A stretch of DNA of 63,980 nucleotides, filler included, from Basidioascus undulatus (Eukaryota), in NCBI GenBank assembly GCA_000826855.1. It is 11 parts of 11 records of this genome, joined end to end, with 100 filler letters (N's around TTAATTAATTAA, not from the genome) between each part and the next. Parts side by side here need not be neighbours in the genome. Positions count along the whole stretch, not along the records: positions 36,688 to 40,513 come from JTLS01002312.1; positions 40,614 to 44,434 come from JTLS01002313.1; positions 44,535 to 48,355 come from JTLS01002314.1; positions 48,456 to 52,272 come from JTLS01002315.1; 7 more parts are not named here. One strand, written 5' to 3'. The position numbers and the translations under genes were made by a program. Below are positions 39,650 to 50,909 of the stretch, piece after piece. Under the pieces are notes generated by a model, which was given only the letters and a program-made list of their open reading frames with translations, had not been told where the DNA came from and made no database searches. Positions within the stretch are counted from its first letter, which is position 1. Each line of letters begins with the position of its first letter.

Positions 39650-40513
39650 ATGTGCGCTGGCGACTTCTGTACAGAACGATCATGGTTCCGTAGTCGCTGA
39701 CGCGCGCTTTCTCTTTCCTGCAGGCCTGACGCCGGTCTGCGCGGCACCGCGGCTGACCAGGACAGCCGGTTCAAGAACAAGGAAGCCGCGTGCGTGCTCT
39801 TGCTTGCCCTCAACCCCCTATGCCCCCCATTAAACGCTCTTTCCGCCCCTAGGCTGCTGAAGACGACCAAGTTCCCCGAGTCGTTTGCGACGCGCGTCGA
39901 CATGCGCAAGGTCAACATCGGCGTCATGAAGTCGTGGATCGCCAACAAGGTCGTCGAGCTCCTCGGGTTCGAGGACGAGATTGTGATTGAGTATGTGTCG
40001 GACTTGCTAGAGAACAAGGACGACCCTGTGCGTGTTCCCTTCCTTCCTTCTTCACCATATCCAGTTGGGAGAAGGCTGAACGCGCTCGCCAGATCCCCGA
40101 CCCCCGCAAGCTGCAAATCAACCTGACCGGCTTCCTCGAGTCCAAGACGCCCGAGTTCATGGCCGCGCTCTGGGACCTGCTCCTCTCCGCACAGTCCTCG
40201 CAGATCGGCATTCCGCAGTCCTTTCTCGAGGAGAAGAAGGCCGAGCTCCGCGCGAAGCAGGAGGCGGACGCGCGCGCTTTGGAGGAGGCGACGCGGCGCC
40301 GTAGACAGGATCAGCATACCGAGAAGGTCCGGCAACGCGAGCGCGGGGAGCGCGAGAGGGAGAGGGGCGAGCGCGGGGGTGGAGGAGGCAGGGGAGGCAG
40401 GGGAAGCAGGTGGGATGGTCCGCCCCCGCAGGCGAGGGACGCGGGGTGGGGACCCAGGGGTGGGCCCGGACCGGATGAGCGCGAGAGGAGGGGCCCGCCG
40501 ACGCGTGGGAGCT
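39650..40513 (+). CDS. SRRM1: PWI-domain splicing coactivator (SRm160/SRRM1-like), 5' part
   Basis: GLRGTAADQDSRFKNKE / LLKTTKFP...VDMRKVNIGVMKSWIANKVVELLGFEDEIVIEYV / PDPRKLQINLTGFL...FMAALWDLLLSAQ...GIPQSFLEEKK, then an RE/RGG tail. Confidence 0.93.
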
Positions 40514-40613
40514 NNNNNNNNNNNNNNNNNNNNNNNNNNNNNNNNNNNNNNNNNNNNTTAATTAATTAANNNNNNNNNNNNNNNNNNNNNNNNNNNNNNN
40601 NNNNNNNNNNNNN

Positions 40614-40802
40614 TGGCCCTGCTGCTGCTGCTGGTTCTGCTGCGGCTGGCCAAACGAGAACCCGCCGAACAACCCACCGCCGCCGGTGCCCTGCCCGAGC
40701 GTGCTCCCGAACAGCCCGCCGCCCGTCGCGGGCTGCTGCTGCTGCTGCTGGCCCTGCTGCTGCTGCTGGTTCTGCTGCGGCTGGCCAAACGAGAACCCGC
40801 CG
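40614..40802. repeat. Identical 54-nt direct repeat (135-nt period) in the Nup98 FG region
   Basis: 40614-40667 equals 40749-40802, encoding GGFSFGQPQQNQQQQQG on the minus strand. Confidence 0.9.
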
Positions 40803-43094
40803 CCTCCGGTGCCGATCCCACCGGTAGTCCCACCGCCGAGACCGCCGAATAGGCCGCCGCCGGTCGCACCAGTGCCGGTGTTGGTCGACTGCCCGAACCC
40901 GCCAAAGCCACCCGCCGCCCCGCCCGCAGGCTGGCTCGTTGACGCGCCGAAGCCGCCGAATGAAGGCGCCGCGGGCGCAGCAGGCTTCGCAGCGCCGAAG
41001 CCGCCAAACAGACCGCCGCCGGTGGCGGGCTGCTGTTGCTGCTGCTGCTGGTTCTGCTGCTGGTTGTTGGCGCCGAACAGACCGCCGCCAGACCCGAAGC
41101 CGCCGGTAGTGGACGAGCCGAAGCCACCCGTGCTCGCGCCGAAGCCGCCAGTCGCAGCGGGTTGGGAAGTCGCGGGAGCGCCGAAGGCTACGGAGAAGAA
41201 GCAGCCCAGTCAGCAAAGCATTCTTGAATCTGAGGCCGGACAGACGAAGACGCACGAGAAGAAGTGGCAGTTGCCGCGCCGAAGGGCTTAGCGCCGCCGA
41301 AGAGGCCACCGCCAGCGGGGGCGCCGAAAGCGTTGGTGGCGGGTGCGGAAGAAGCGGGTGCGCCTGCAAAGTACCTCCTTGAGCTCGATCGGAGAACGGA
41401 AGATCACAATTAAAAGGCACGCACCGAAGCTGAAGCCCGTGCTTGGTTGCGACGCGGGCGCGCCAAACGCGTTGGTCTGCTGTGCAGGCTGACCGAAAGC
41501 GCCCGTCTGCTGCGCGGGTTGGCCAAAAGTCGACGTAGAGGCACCACCGAACGGCGTGGACGTAGAAGAGCCTGCCGGACACCAACACAACGCCTCAGCG
41601 TCCTGCCCCCATCTCCACGTCCGCCATCCGAATTGCGAGAAAAAGAAGACGAAGAGAGCTCACCGAACAGCCCCCCGGGCTTGGCCGCCCCAAACGCGCT
41701 CGTCCCCGCCGCAGGCTGGCCGAAGGGCGCGCTCTGCTGCTGGGCCGGCTGCCCGAAGAGCCCGCCGCCCGTCGCAGGCTGCTGCTGCTGCTGCTGCCCG
41801 AACAGCCCGCCGCCCGTCGTCGTGCTCGTCTGCCCGAACGGCGTGCTCGGCTGCTGCTGCTGCTGGGACTGCCCGAACAGCCCTCCGCCCGTGGCCGGCT
41901 GGCCGAACGCGCCCGTGCCACTCGCGGGCTGCCCGAATGCGGACGTCGACGCACCCGCGCCGAAGCCGCCTGCCGCGGGTGTCGAGGAGCCGAAGCCCCC
42001 GAAGCCGGTGCCCGTGGCCGGAGTGGCGCCGAAGCCACCGAAGGTAGTCGTGCCCGCAGGGGCTTGCGAGCTGTTCTTCACGCCTCGCGCGTAGTCCATC
42101 AGGCGCAGCTCCTATATCAGTGGGACAACTCCGTCAGTTGCGAGTGCGGATGGGAGAATCCAAGTAGGACGGACCTCAGAAGAGTACGGCTGGAACTTCG
42201 GCTCGACGGTGATGGAGTGGAACTTGAGGACCTCGGCGGGGTTGTTCGTCCCGGGCGTGACCCACCGGCCGTTCCGGTGCTCGGCCTTGGGGTCCTCGGG
42301 GCGCGTCGCAACGTCGAACGGATCCGTTCCCTTGACTGCAAGGTGCATCACCCCGAACTGCGTCAGTCTCCCGCTCCTCAAGGGCTGGTGATAAGAGGGA
42401 TGTGGCGCACCCTCCTGAGCTGGAGCTGCGGCTCCGAACGCCCCGCCGCCGCCGAAGGTCGAAGTCGCGGGCGCACCGAACGCGGGAGTCGCGGCTGGTG
42501 CGCCGAAAGTGCTGGTTGTTGAAGGTTGTTGACCTAGCGACAGGTGTGAGTCGAGTGAGGGAAAGGGGCCCTCCAACCTCAGAACGGAGGGTGCGCACCG
42601 AAAGAGAAGCCGGAAGCGGGTTTCTGAGCTACGATCAGGACGGCGCGTTGAGCTCGGCGGTCTATGTGATGTGGCGAGAGGCAAAGCAAGCACACCTGCA
42701 GACCCGAACAGTCCCCCGCCTCCTCCAAACGTGCTAGTCGAAGCACCAAACGCGGGCGTAGACGAAGACGCCCCAAAGCCCCCTCCGCCTTGGCGCGCCC
42801 CACTCTCATCAGCTTCCGCACCCCTCACCATTTGTGAAAAGGAAGGAGCAGCTCACCAAACGCGCCCCCACCAGACCCGAACGCGCCGGGCTGCTGCGCC
42901 TGCTGCTGCTGGGGCTGGGCGGGCTGGCCGAACCCGCCAAACGCTGGCGTCGACGTGGACGCGCCGAAGGCCGGCGTGCTGCTCGTGTTGGCCGTGTTGG
43001 ACCCGAACCCGCCGCCGAAGGAGAATCCGGACCTGCGCGAGATGAGGGGTCAGCAACGCCGAGAGGGGAAGTAGGGAGCGCAGGGGAGCTACAT
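40614..43094 (-). CDS. NUP98: GLFG nucleoporin Nup98/Nup116-type, N-terminal FG region with GLEBS motif
   Basis: Dense FG/GLFG repeats across several exons interrupted by FHSITVEPKFQPYSSE/ELRLMDYARG (Gle2/Rae1-binding sequence). Truncated at the contig edge. Confidence 0.9.
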
Positions 43095-44093
43095 TGTGGA
43101 GGGTGGAAAACGGAAGATGGGTGTGTCGCGCGTGTAAAGAGCGCTTGGTACGCGCGACGTGGTATTAGGTGTACTGCTTCAAAGGGCCGGGAAGATGCCC
43201 TCAGCAGGGAAGCTGACGACGAGATGGAGGTGGCAGGGTGAGAGCGTCGGAGGGTAGACGGTGGGCGCGCTGCAAGTTCAAAGACGCGAGGAGTTGGCGG
43301 TCGCCACCGCGGGCATGCCGGGGCGCTTCCGGCACTGTGCCAGTGACTCGCATTGCAGTTCCTTTGCAGCCAATCGCAGACTGCTGTCTTCTAACAATAC
43401 GGACGTCTTTATGGAGAATAAATAATAGTAAAACTTCCCTGGCAAAATTCTAGCGAGACTTACAGGTTTGCTGAAAAACGCCCGTGAGTCACACAGATTG
43501 CCCCGCATTGTGTCGTTGCACAAGTTCTTCGGGTCGTCAATTTCACAAATCAGAGGGTTGTATACTAACAAGTTAGAGCAAGATCGCAACTTAAGGAAAC
43601 CCCTTTATTTGAGGGTACATGAACAAACAGCAAGAAGTGAGTTGCTCTGGAGCGTCGACAGCAGTCGAGCCTCGGACTCCCGAGACCACTGAGCTTGAGC
43701 CTGCTTTCGCGGTATAGAGACGGTCTACACAGTCCAGGCCTTGTATCAGAACTTTATAATAAGGAAGACCGCCAATTGTTGAGGGGAAAAAAGGCGGAGA
43801 TCAAAAAGCAACACCGACGCGAGGCTCATTTGACCGCCGCATGTCGCAGCCGCGGTCGTCAGTCAAACAACGACGCGGATCCGTGCCCGAGCTCGACGCT
43901 TGCCCTATTGACCCCGACCTCGCGCTAGCCGTCGTGCGACTCCGCGTCCACCCCCTCGACAAGCCATCCGATTTCGTTTTAACACATAACCATCCTTCGT
44001 TCGACCAACACACTCACACTCTCACACCCAAACACACACACACGCGTGCTCATACATCGCTCTCCTCGCATTTTTGTCTTCGACCAGCCCCCC

Positions 44094-44434
44094 ATGGCAA
44101 CATCAGCTTCAATACCGTCCCGCTCTTCCTCCTTCAACTTTTCATCCACCCACGCACACACGACCAGCGCTTCGAACCGGGACAGCACCATCTTTGTCGA
44201 GGGCGACCCACACGTCAGCGCCGCCCCGCTCGCAGACGACCCGCGCATGAGCGTGCTCGGCCCCAAAGTCCGCTCCTTCGGTCCTGCGCCTTGGTGCGTC
44301 TACCTTTTCATACCCACTCTCGCATCTTGAAGCACAGAGACTGATGGACTGAGAAACGCACAGGGAGATCGAAGACGCCCCTCCCTCCCCGCCCTCCTCC
44401 CCGCCCTCCCGCTCGCGTTCCAAATCTCTCTCGC
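44094..44434 (+). CDS. Hypothetical protein, 5' fragment
   Basis: ATG after a pyrimidine-rich leader; MATSASIP...RMSVLGPKVRSFGPAPW, GTGCGT...CAG intron, then EIEDAPPSPP to the contig end. Confidence 0.55.
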
Positions 44435-44534
44435 NNNNNNNNNNNNNNNNNNNNNNNNNNNNNNNNNNNNNNNNNNNNTTAATTAATTAANNNNNNNNNN
44501 NNNNNNNNNNNNNNNNNNNNNNNNNNNNNNNNNN

Positions 44535-45100
44535 CTAATGGGCTTCGCAGAGAAGGCTCTTCTTCTTATGCTCCGCTCCGCTTCGCTTCTTCCTCTTCGG
44601 CTTCAGCGTCCGAGGGCGTGCAAGGCGGAGAAGGAGCAGGAGCAGGAGCAGAGGGACAAGGCGGGGAGGAGGGAGAGGAGGGTGGGGAAGAGGAAGAGGG
44701 GATGGTAGGAAAAGTGGTCTACGACCCGAGCGAGATCCCCGGCAAGCTTCTTGGGCTGTCGGACGAGCCCGTGCGGACGAGATTGCCGTATGTGCTCGTT
44801 AGGGGGCCGGAAACGTGGCCGAGGACGGGGTGGCATAAGTGCGTTTCCTTTCCCCTTCTCACCTCTCCTCTTTCCTCGTCTTTTCTCTCCTTTTTCGCTC
44901 CGCTTCGGGCAGCAGGGGTTGATGGGCCGCGTGCTGACGGGGTAGAGGACGAACAGGCTGCTGATGGATGCGGACCGGCTGATCGTGGAGGTGCGTTGCT
45001 TGTGACCTATAGAAAGAGGGGAAGGAGGTAAGCGTGCGTTGGCTGACGGAGTGGGAGTGGGTGGGTGCGCAGGATGGGAGGAACGGAGTGCATTGGGTGC
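44535..45100 (+). CDS. Hypothetical protein, internal/3' exons
   Basis: ...VVYDPSEIPGKLLGL...LPYVLVRGPETWPRTGWHK / RTNRLLMDADRLIVE / DGRNGVHW separated by GTGCGT...AG introns. Family and true end not resolved. Confidence 0.45.
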
Positions 45101-45324
45101 ATGATTTTGCACCGCCGCCGGGAGGGCGGTGATTTGGATGATGGATGGAGGTGGTTGAGTGATTAACGATATTTTGAGCGGCCGAGTTGGCCGAGCGGGC
45201 TGGCTCGCTTCGCGTCTACAAGCGCTATCAATCGAACTCTTTAAGAACATGCTCGTCATCACACGCGCTACTCTACAATGTCCTCGAAGCTAATCAAGCA
45301 AGCCCTTTTCCCCCGCCGCCCCTC

Positions 45325-45950
45325 TCACACTGACCGTCTCTTCCTCCCCTCCTCCCGCCCGCTCTCCTCCTCCCTCCCCCTCTCCCGCTTCCTTGCTACG
45401 AGCCCCCTGACCAGCTCCAAATGCTCCTCAAAGCCCTGTACAGCCCTGGCGACAATGCGGCTCTCCTCCCTCTCCGCCTCGCGCGCCTCCTCCAGCTCGC
45501 CTTTCAGCCGCCCCACCTCCGCAACCGCAGCGTCCCGCTCCGCTAGGAGCTGGTCCCGCTCCCCCCGCGCCCGCGCCGCGTCCTTCACAGCACAGTCCCT
45601 CGCCCCCCACGCCCGCGCAGCGTCCTCCACCGCATGGTCCCGCTCTCCGAGAAGCTGGTCCCGCTCCGTTTGGACTGCAGCCAGCTGCGCGGTGGTTTGA
45701 ACGAGCTGCGCGCGCGCGGACTCGGAGGATTGCAGGTGCGAGAGGAAGTGCGAGAGGAGGTCCTGGCTTTCTTTGGTTGCGAGAGCGGGAAAGGGTAAGG
45801 GGCGGGTGGGCTCGGCGGAGTGGATTGGGGCGTTACAGGCAGCGTAGGAGGGGGAGGGGTGTGAGCAGCTGGTTGAGGAGGCGTGCGAGTAGGGGGCGGC
45901 GGAGGAGTTTGAGGGGAGGTGGAGAGTGTTCGACGGAGTTGGTATCGTCG
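45325..45950 (-). CDS. Hypothetical coiled-coil protein, last exon
   Basis: Open frame ...ESQDLLSHFLSHLQ...ERDQLLGERDHAVEDAAR...ERDQLLAERDAAVAEVGRLKGELEEAREAERE...GRKRRSV*. Upstream exons probably extend towards 47 kb but are unresolved. Confidence 0.55.
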
Positions 45951-48455
45951 TGGTGAGGCGACGAAGGCTGGCGTGCCTGGGCAGAGGAAGCTTGAGGCGT
46001 CAACGGAGGCCTGCGACCTGCAGGATATCACCTGGCGGGCTCGCAGTGGGCGATGGCGGAGGACGTCGACGTGGGTCTTGTGTCTTCCGGCTCGCGGGGG
46101 AGGGAGGCGTCGGGTTGGACGCAGCTGTTCCCAGGGGACGAGTGACGAAGCAACGTTGCACTGGGCTACCGTCGTGGCGGGTTCCTTTCCGGGCACTGAA
46201 CGCATGAAAACGCAGAAGCCAGCGCACCGGCCTTCTTGCCGGACCTGACCTTTTCCTTCTCCTTCTTGCGCAACATGCCAGGTGGCTCCTGTCCCCCTGG
46301 TGCAGAGGATGGGACCTTCTGCGCCGGCGCCAGCGGGAGGGTGCCTTGGGTTCGAGGAGGCTCGCCATCGTCCGCGGTGCTCGACCACGTCCCTCGCGAG
46401 AGCGTCGTACGTGCAGCGCTCCATCAGGTTGTCCCGCCGTCCTCAGCGCGCCTTCTGCTGCGCGCTTCGAGCTGTTGACCATGAAGGCTTTGCGCGGGCG
46501 AGGAGGACGACGCTGTCGTGTGGCTCGACGGTCAGTGACTTGCCTCACCACCCGGAAACGTTCAGCCTTTTAAGAAACACGCCTCCCGGCAACCCGCAAA
46601 GTCGGAGAGGGCTTTGATGCCGTCTGGCTGGAACGGGTCGCCGAGGGGCGTGCGGTTCAGGCGGATGCCGTGGCAGACTGCAGCGCTTGCGGTGGGCGAC
46701 GGAGGGGGCGTGTCGGAGCTGTTGAACGGCGGTAATTGAGGATCAAAAGAGATGTCATATCAGTTTACAGAGCCATTCGAGATGTTCAATCTCTGACATA
46801 CCTCCACGGTCCTTGTCTGCGCGTCGAGCGTAGTCAGCGAGCGGCCCAAAGAGACGGTCAGTAATGCCTCGACCCCGGACGCAGCTCACCCCTGCGCTGC
46901 CTCCCCTTCCTCCCGTTGGTCCTCCTCCTCCGAGATTGAACCCTCGCTGTTGCCAGTGCCGTTGGACCGGCGAGGACTCTCTTTGACCAAGTCGAGTAAC
47001 AAGTCTGGTGTCGAGCGTGGGTGGTGCTGGCGAACGATAAGGACGTCGCGCGCCTGGGTGCCTGTCTGGTCGGCGGTCGAGCTCCTCGAAGGAGGTTGCC
47101 TTGATACCATGATGAGAGTTTAGAAGAGAGGCGCCGCGGTGAGCCTGTGAACGGCAGCGGATCGCTAATCCTCGCGTTACCTCGTGCCGTCAACCTCGTG
47201 CACGCGGTACTCAGTGCCACAGGTACAGGTTTGGAAGGAGATCCCCTCAAGAATCCTTGAGAGCTTACACTTGCCGATCCGAAGTACATGGCCCATGGGC
47301 ACAGGAGGGGCAGGTACTTGCGGCGCAGCGGCTCTGCAGTCTTGAGAGTGCCAGTCCTGTCGGCTGACTGCGGCCCCCGCGGATTGCATTTTTGGCGATC
47401 TTGTACCCCCCAGGCCTGGACATACTTATTTAGGCAGGCCCTTCGTTAGAGTGGGCAGAACATTGGGGGTGGCAAGGCAAATGCATTTGCGCAACAGAAC
47501 AGCGCCGCCAGCGGCCTGATCACAGAGGGTTCTTGAAAAGTGTACGGGAACTCTTCAGCTTGGCAGAACGTAAGTGGGTTCCTCAAGGGGGTGGCGACTG
47601 ACAATCCTCTCCGACGCCTTTCAATAGCTACCCATCTGTTATTAGCTTGTATTATCAGGAAAATTTATAGAAAACAGGTCCTCGAATTGCATTTTACCAA
47701 AAAAAAAATGTGGATTAATGATCTAATGCAAGCACTGCGCATCTGCTGAGCTCAATGCTCTTACGGATACACCACCTCCCCCGCCGAATCCCAGATCTCC
47801 CCTTTCAGCGCACCATCCCATAACCATCCCTGTGATAGCTCTATTCCAGAGAACGGCCCGCGGTAGTTGCTCGCCACTGCAATCCGCACGATCTCCGTCG
47901 TTGGCGACTGCCTTCCTCGCGGCCGCCCCGAGTTCTCCGAGACATACCAAGTCGCCTGCGCAGGCAGGCAGGAAGGAAATGCGCTCTATAAGGGTTTTTT
48001 GGGCCAACAGAGCGGTCCAGGAAGTCCGAACGACATTCTTTGGCGTGCGTCGGCAGTTGGCAAGAAAGAGGTGGGCGAGGCAAGGGAGACTGCCGATGGC
48101 GTGTGTGAAGGCCGGGCCAATGTTGACATCCCAGATGAGAAGCCTTTAAATTCGATCAAAGTTGGAAAGACACCTGGTATCGTCGAACCTCCAGCCGAAA
48201 TACACCACCTCCTGGAGCGTCTCCGAAAGTCGCTGGACGGCTGGATGGCTGAGCTGGGGGAACCCGAACCTATCCCACAGGAGGAGCCTCTAGATGGTGG
48301 ATCGATGGAGATCGATGAGGCGCTCGAACCCCCGCTCACGCTCCTGCAGTGCTGCNNNNNNNNNNNNNNNNNNNNNNNNNNNNNNNNNNNNNNNNNNNNT
48401 TAATTAATTAANNNNNNNNNNNNNNNNNNNNNNNNNNNNNNNNNNNNNNNNNNNN

Positions 48456-48471
48456 CGACGCTCTTCCGATC
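48456..48471 (+). other. Illumina TruSeq adapter remnant at contig start
   Basis: CGACGCTCTTCCGATC is 16 nt of the adapter end ...ACACGACGCTCTTCCGATCT and lies exactly at the contig terminus. Confidence 0.85.
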
Positions 48472-48784
48472 ACCCCTCCCTCCTAACCTCCCACTTCTGC
48501 CTCAACCCCTGGACCAGTCCCTCGAGCTCGTGCACGCGGTGCATCGCGCGCGCCCTCTCCTCTTCCTCCGCAGAGGTAGGGGAGGGGTGGGACTCGACCG
48601 CAGCCCGCACACGCGCCAGCTCCTCCTCGAGCGCGGCGCGGCGTCGCTCGGAGAGGGCGAGCTCGGCTTGGAGGGCGGATACGAGGATGCGGGTGGGTGC
48701 GAGAAGGGCGTGGGGAGAGGGGGAGGGGTGTGAGGAGGGAAGGAGGAGGGAGGTAAGAAGGCAAAGATGAGGACGCGGACGAAC

Positions 48785-49581
48785 CGAGGAGAGTGAAGAT
48801 GAGAATTTGTTCGAGTTCGGAGGGGAAGAGGAGGGTGAGGAATTGGATATGCGTGAGCTGTCCGGGCAAGGGGTACAAGAGGTGAGCGTGAACCTCTCGC
48901 AACCAAAGAAGGGGAAACGGAGATAGAGATAGTGGGGAGGGGAAGGAGAAGGACGGACGTTGACGAGCGCGGAGACGATGGCGAGCATTGCGAGCCACGC
49001 CCCCGTACGCCAGACGTCCCATTCCGTTGGGGGAATGTCGATCGCGGTGTACTCGAACATGTACGGCCATTGGACGGCGCGGTAGTAGAGCCTGTGGGGA
49101 GGGGCATTAGTGAGGGGGAAGAGGGAGAGATGGAACGGAGGAAAGACTGTGAGGCAGAAGGGAAGACCACCCACTTGTTCATGGCGATAACGAGCTCCGC
49201 GCTCTGCTTCGTCAGCAGACTCACGACCGCCGCGACCTGGAGCACATAGTTAAGCTTGGCGAGCGGGAAGTGGTACTGCGCGGTAAAGAGCAGGTGGAAG
49301 AAGAGCACGGCGCAGAGGGTCATGACGATCCCGACGACGAGCATCTGCGAGGGCAGCGCGTAGGCGAATGCCGGCTGGTAGAGCAGGTACGGGTTCTTCC
49401 CGTGCGAGGCGGAGGACGCGCCGAGCATGAGAGAGGTGGGGAGGACGTTGGAGGAGCCGGGGAGGGGGAAGGTCGCAGTGGCACTGGGGAGGGGGGTGAG
49501 ATGTGGTGGGGGTTTGGAGAAAGGTAGGAGGACGCACTCGGAGAGACCGAGCGAGGCGCCCAGGGAGGAGAGGGACGACAT
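48785..49581 (-). CDS. PalH/Rim21/Rra1-like multi-pass membrane protein, 5' exons only
   Basis: FAYALPSQMLVVGIVMTL...HLLFTAQYHFPLAKLNYVLQ / QWPYMFEY...AWLAMLAIVSALVN / LTHIQFLTLLFPSELEQILIFTLLG: successive TM helices resembling basidiomycete PalH-type proteins (recalled). Confidence 0.65.
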
Positions 49582-50909
49582 GGTGCGTGCTGGACGCTGC
49601 AAGGGGCGAGGGGTGAGCGACATGTGAGGAAGACGGGATGCGCGCGGTGCCCCTAGTCTCTCCTCGCTTCAAGACCGCGACCGCATCCCCGACTGCATCC
49701 CCGACTCGCGCACTCACCCCACTTGGACCTAATCTTCAGCGCTCAGTAAGGCCCAGGGAGCGGCGCGCGCTCGAGTCGACTGCCGGGACTCGCCGGGCTT
49801 TCCGGCTTCGAGTGGTGACGACGAGCCTCCTCGCTTGCCGCCGATCGAGTACGATTTCCAGAAGATGAGACGCGTTAGTGGGCTTATTGATGATGATGAA
49901 TAGGAGCGCGAGTAAGTGGTCGTAGAAGGATAAATGGTGTGCCAAGGTGGGCGGCTAAGTAATGCTGCTAGGCGGTTGGCGGCGGACCGCGGCTACTTTC
50001 CGGATGTGGGCCGGACGGTCCGGGGCCTGTCCTGATCGTGTCCACGGTTTCCATGACCGCGCAACGCGCCAAAACGCGCCCACACGCTCCATACGCCTTC
50101 TCCTCCTCACCATCATCATCCTGCTCTTCTCTCCAGATACTCCATCACCGCAACCCCATTTACCTCCTACACACCCTCACCCCGGCTCCTCCCCTCCTCC
50201 CCGCAATCCGGGCTTCCCCCTTCCCATCCTCAACCTGGTCAGTCCCCTCTCCCCTCCTCTCCCCCAAACCGCTCGAGGATGTCCCCCTAGTAAAAGGTTT
50301 GAGCCTTCCGTGCTCTCCCTCACCCTCCACCTCCTCGCATTCGTCCCCTCCCCCTCCCAACCCCACGGGCCATTTTCCTCGGCCCCTGCTTCCCAGCTCC
50401 AAGCAGGAAGGGCCGTAAAAGGCGGGCCTCACATCTTCCTTTTCGCGAGGAACGGGTCTTTACTAGACTGGCTGCTCCCTTCCTTTTTTCCTTGTTGGAG
50501 GAGGAAGCGATGGGGAACGCCGGTAAAGGGGGACTCGACATTCTTTTATTATAACCACCAGCCAGGCCGAGCCCTCCCAGCGCGCGGTCCATGCTGGGCG
50601 CGGGTGGAAGCAGCGAGGTTTTATCTTTCACGGTGGGACATCACTACACAGGGGCACGGTTTACCAGTGGGCCCCGCTAAGTGCCATGTGGGCGTCCATG
50701 AGGATACCGAGCCTACATCTTGCTTTCTTTTTCTGGGGTTGTGGGGAAGGGAAGGGCACTGGGCGCGTGGTGTGATCGGTGCGGTGTGCGGAGCACGGAG
50801 AGGCAGGATAACGAATTGGCTTTACTGAGAGCGCTTCTTCCCACACACCACGTTCCTCCGTTCAATCCTCACTGACGCCCCTCCCCTCACCGCCCGAAAA
50901 CGCCGCAGG

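Noticed and set aside
40686..42094. Cys-rich ORFs (CCCCC runs) on the + strand suggesting metallothionein-like proteins
   Set aside because: They are the antisense reading of CAG (poly-Gln) tracts in the Nup98 FG region.
50560..50615. CAGG...GGAAGCAGC resembling SRP RNA helix 8
   Set aside because: The two halves are separated by a long insert instead of the required GNRA tetraloop.
49962..50828. 288-aa intergenic ORF
   Set aside because: Lacks the host codon bias and any recognisable domain, and its first half is translated pyrimidine-rich leader-like sequence. Treated instead as a possible ncRNA region.
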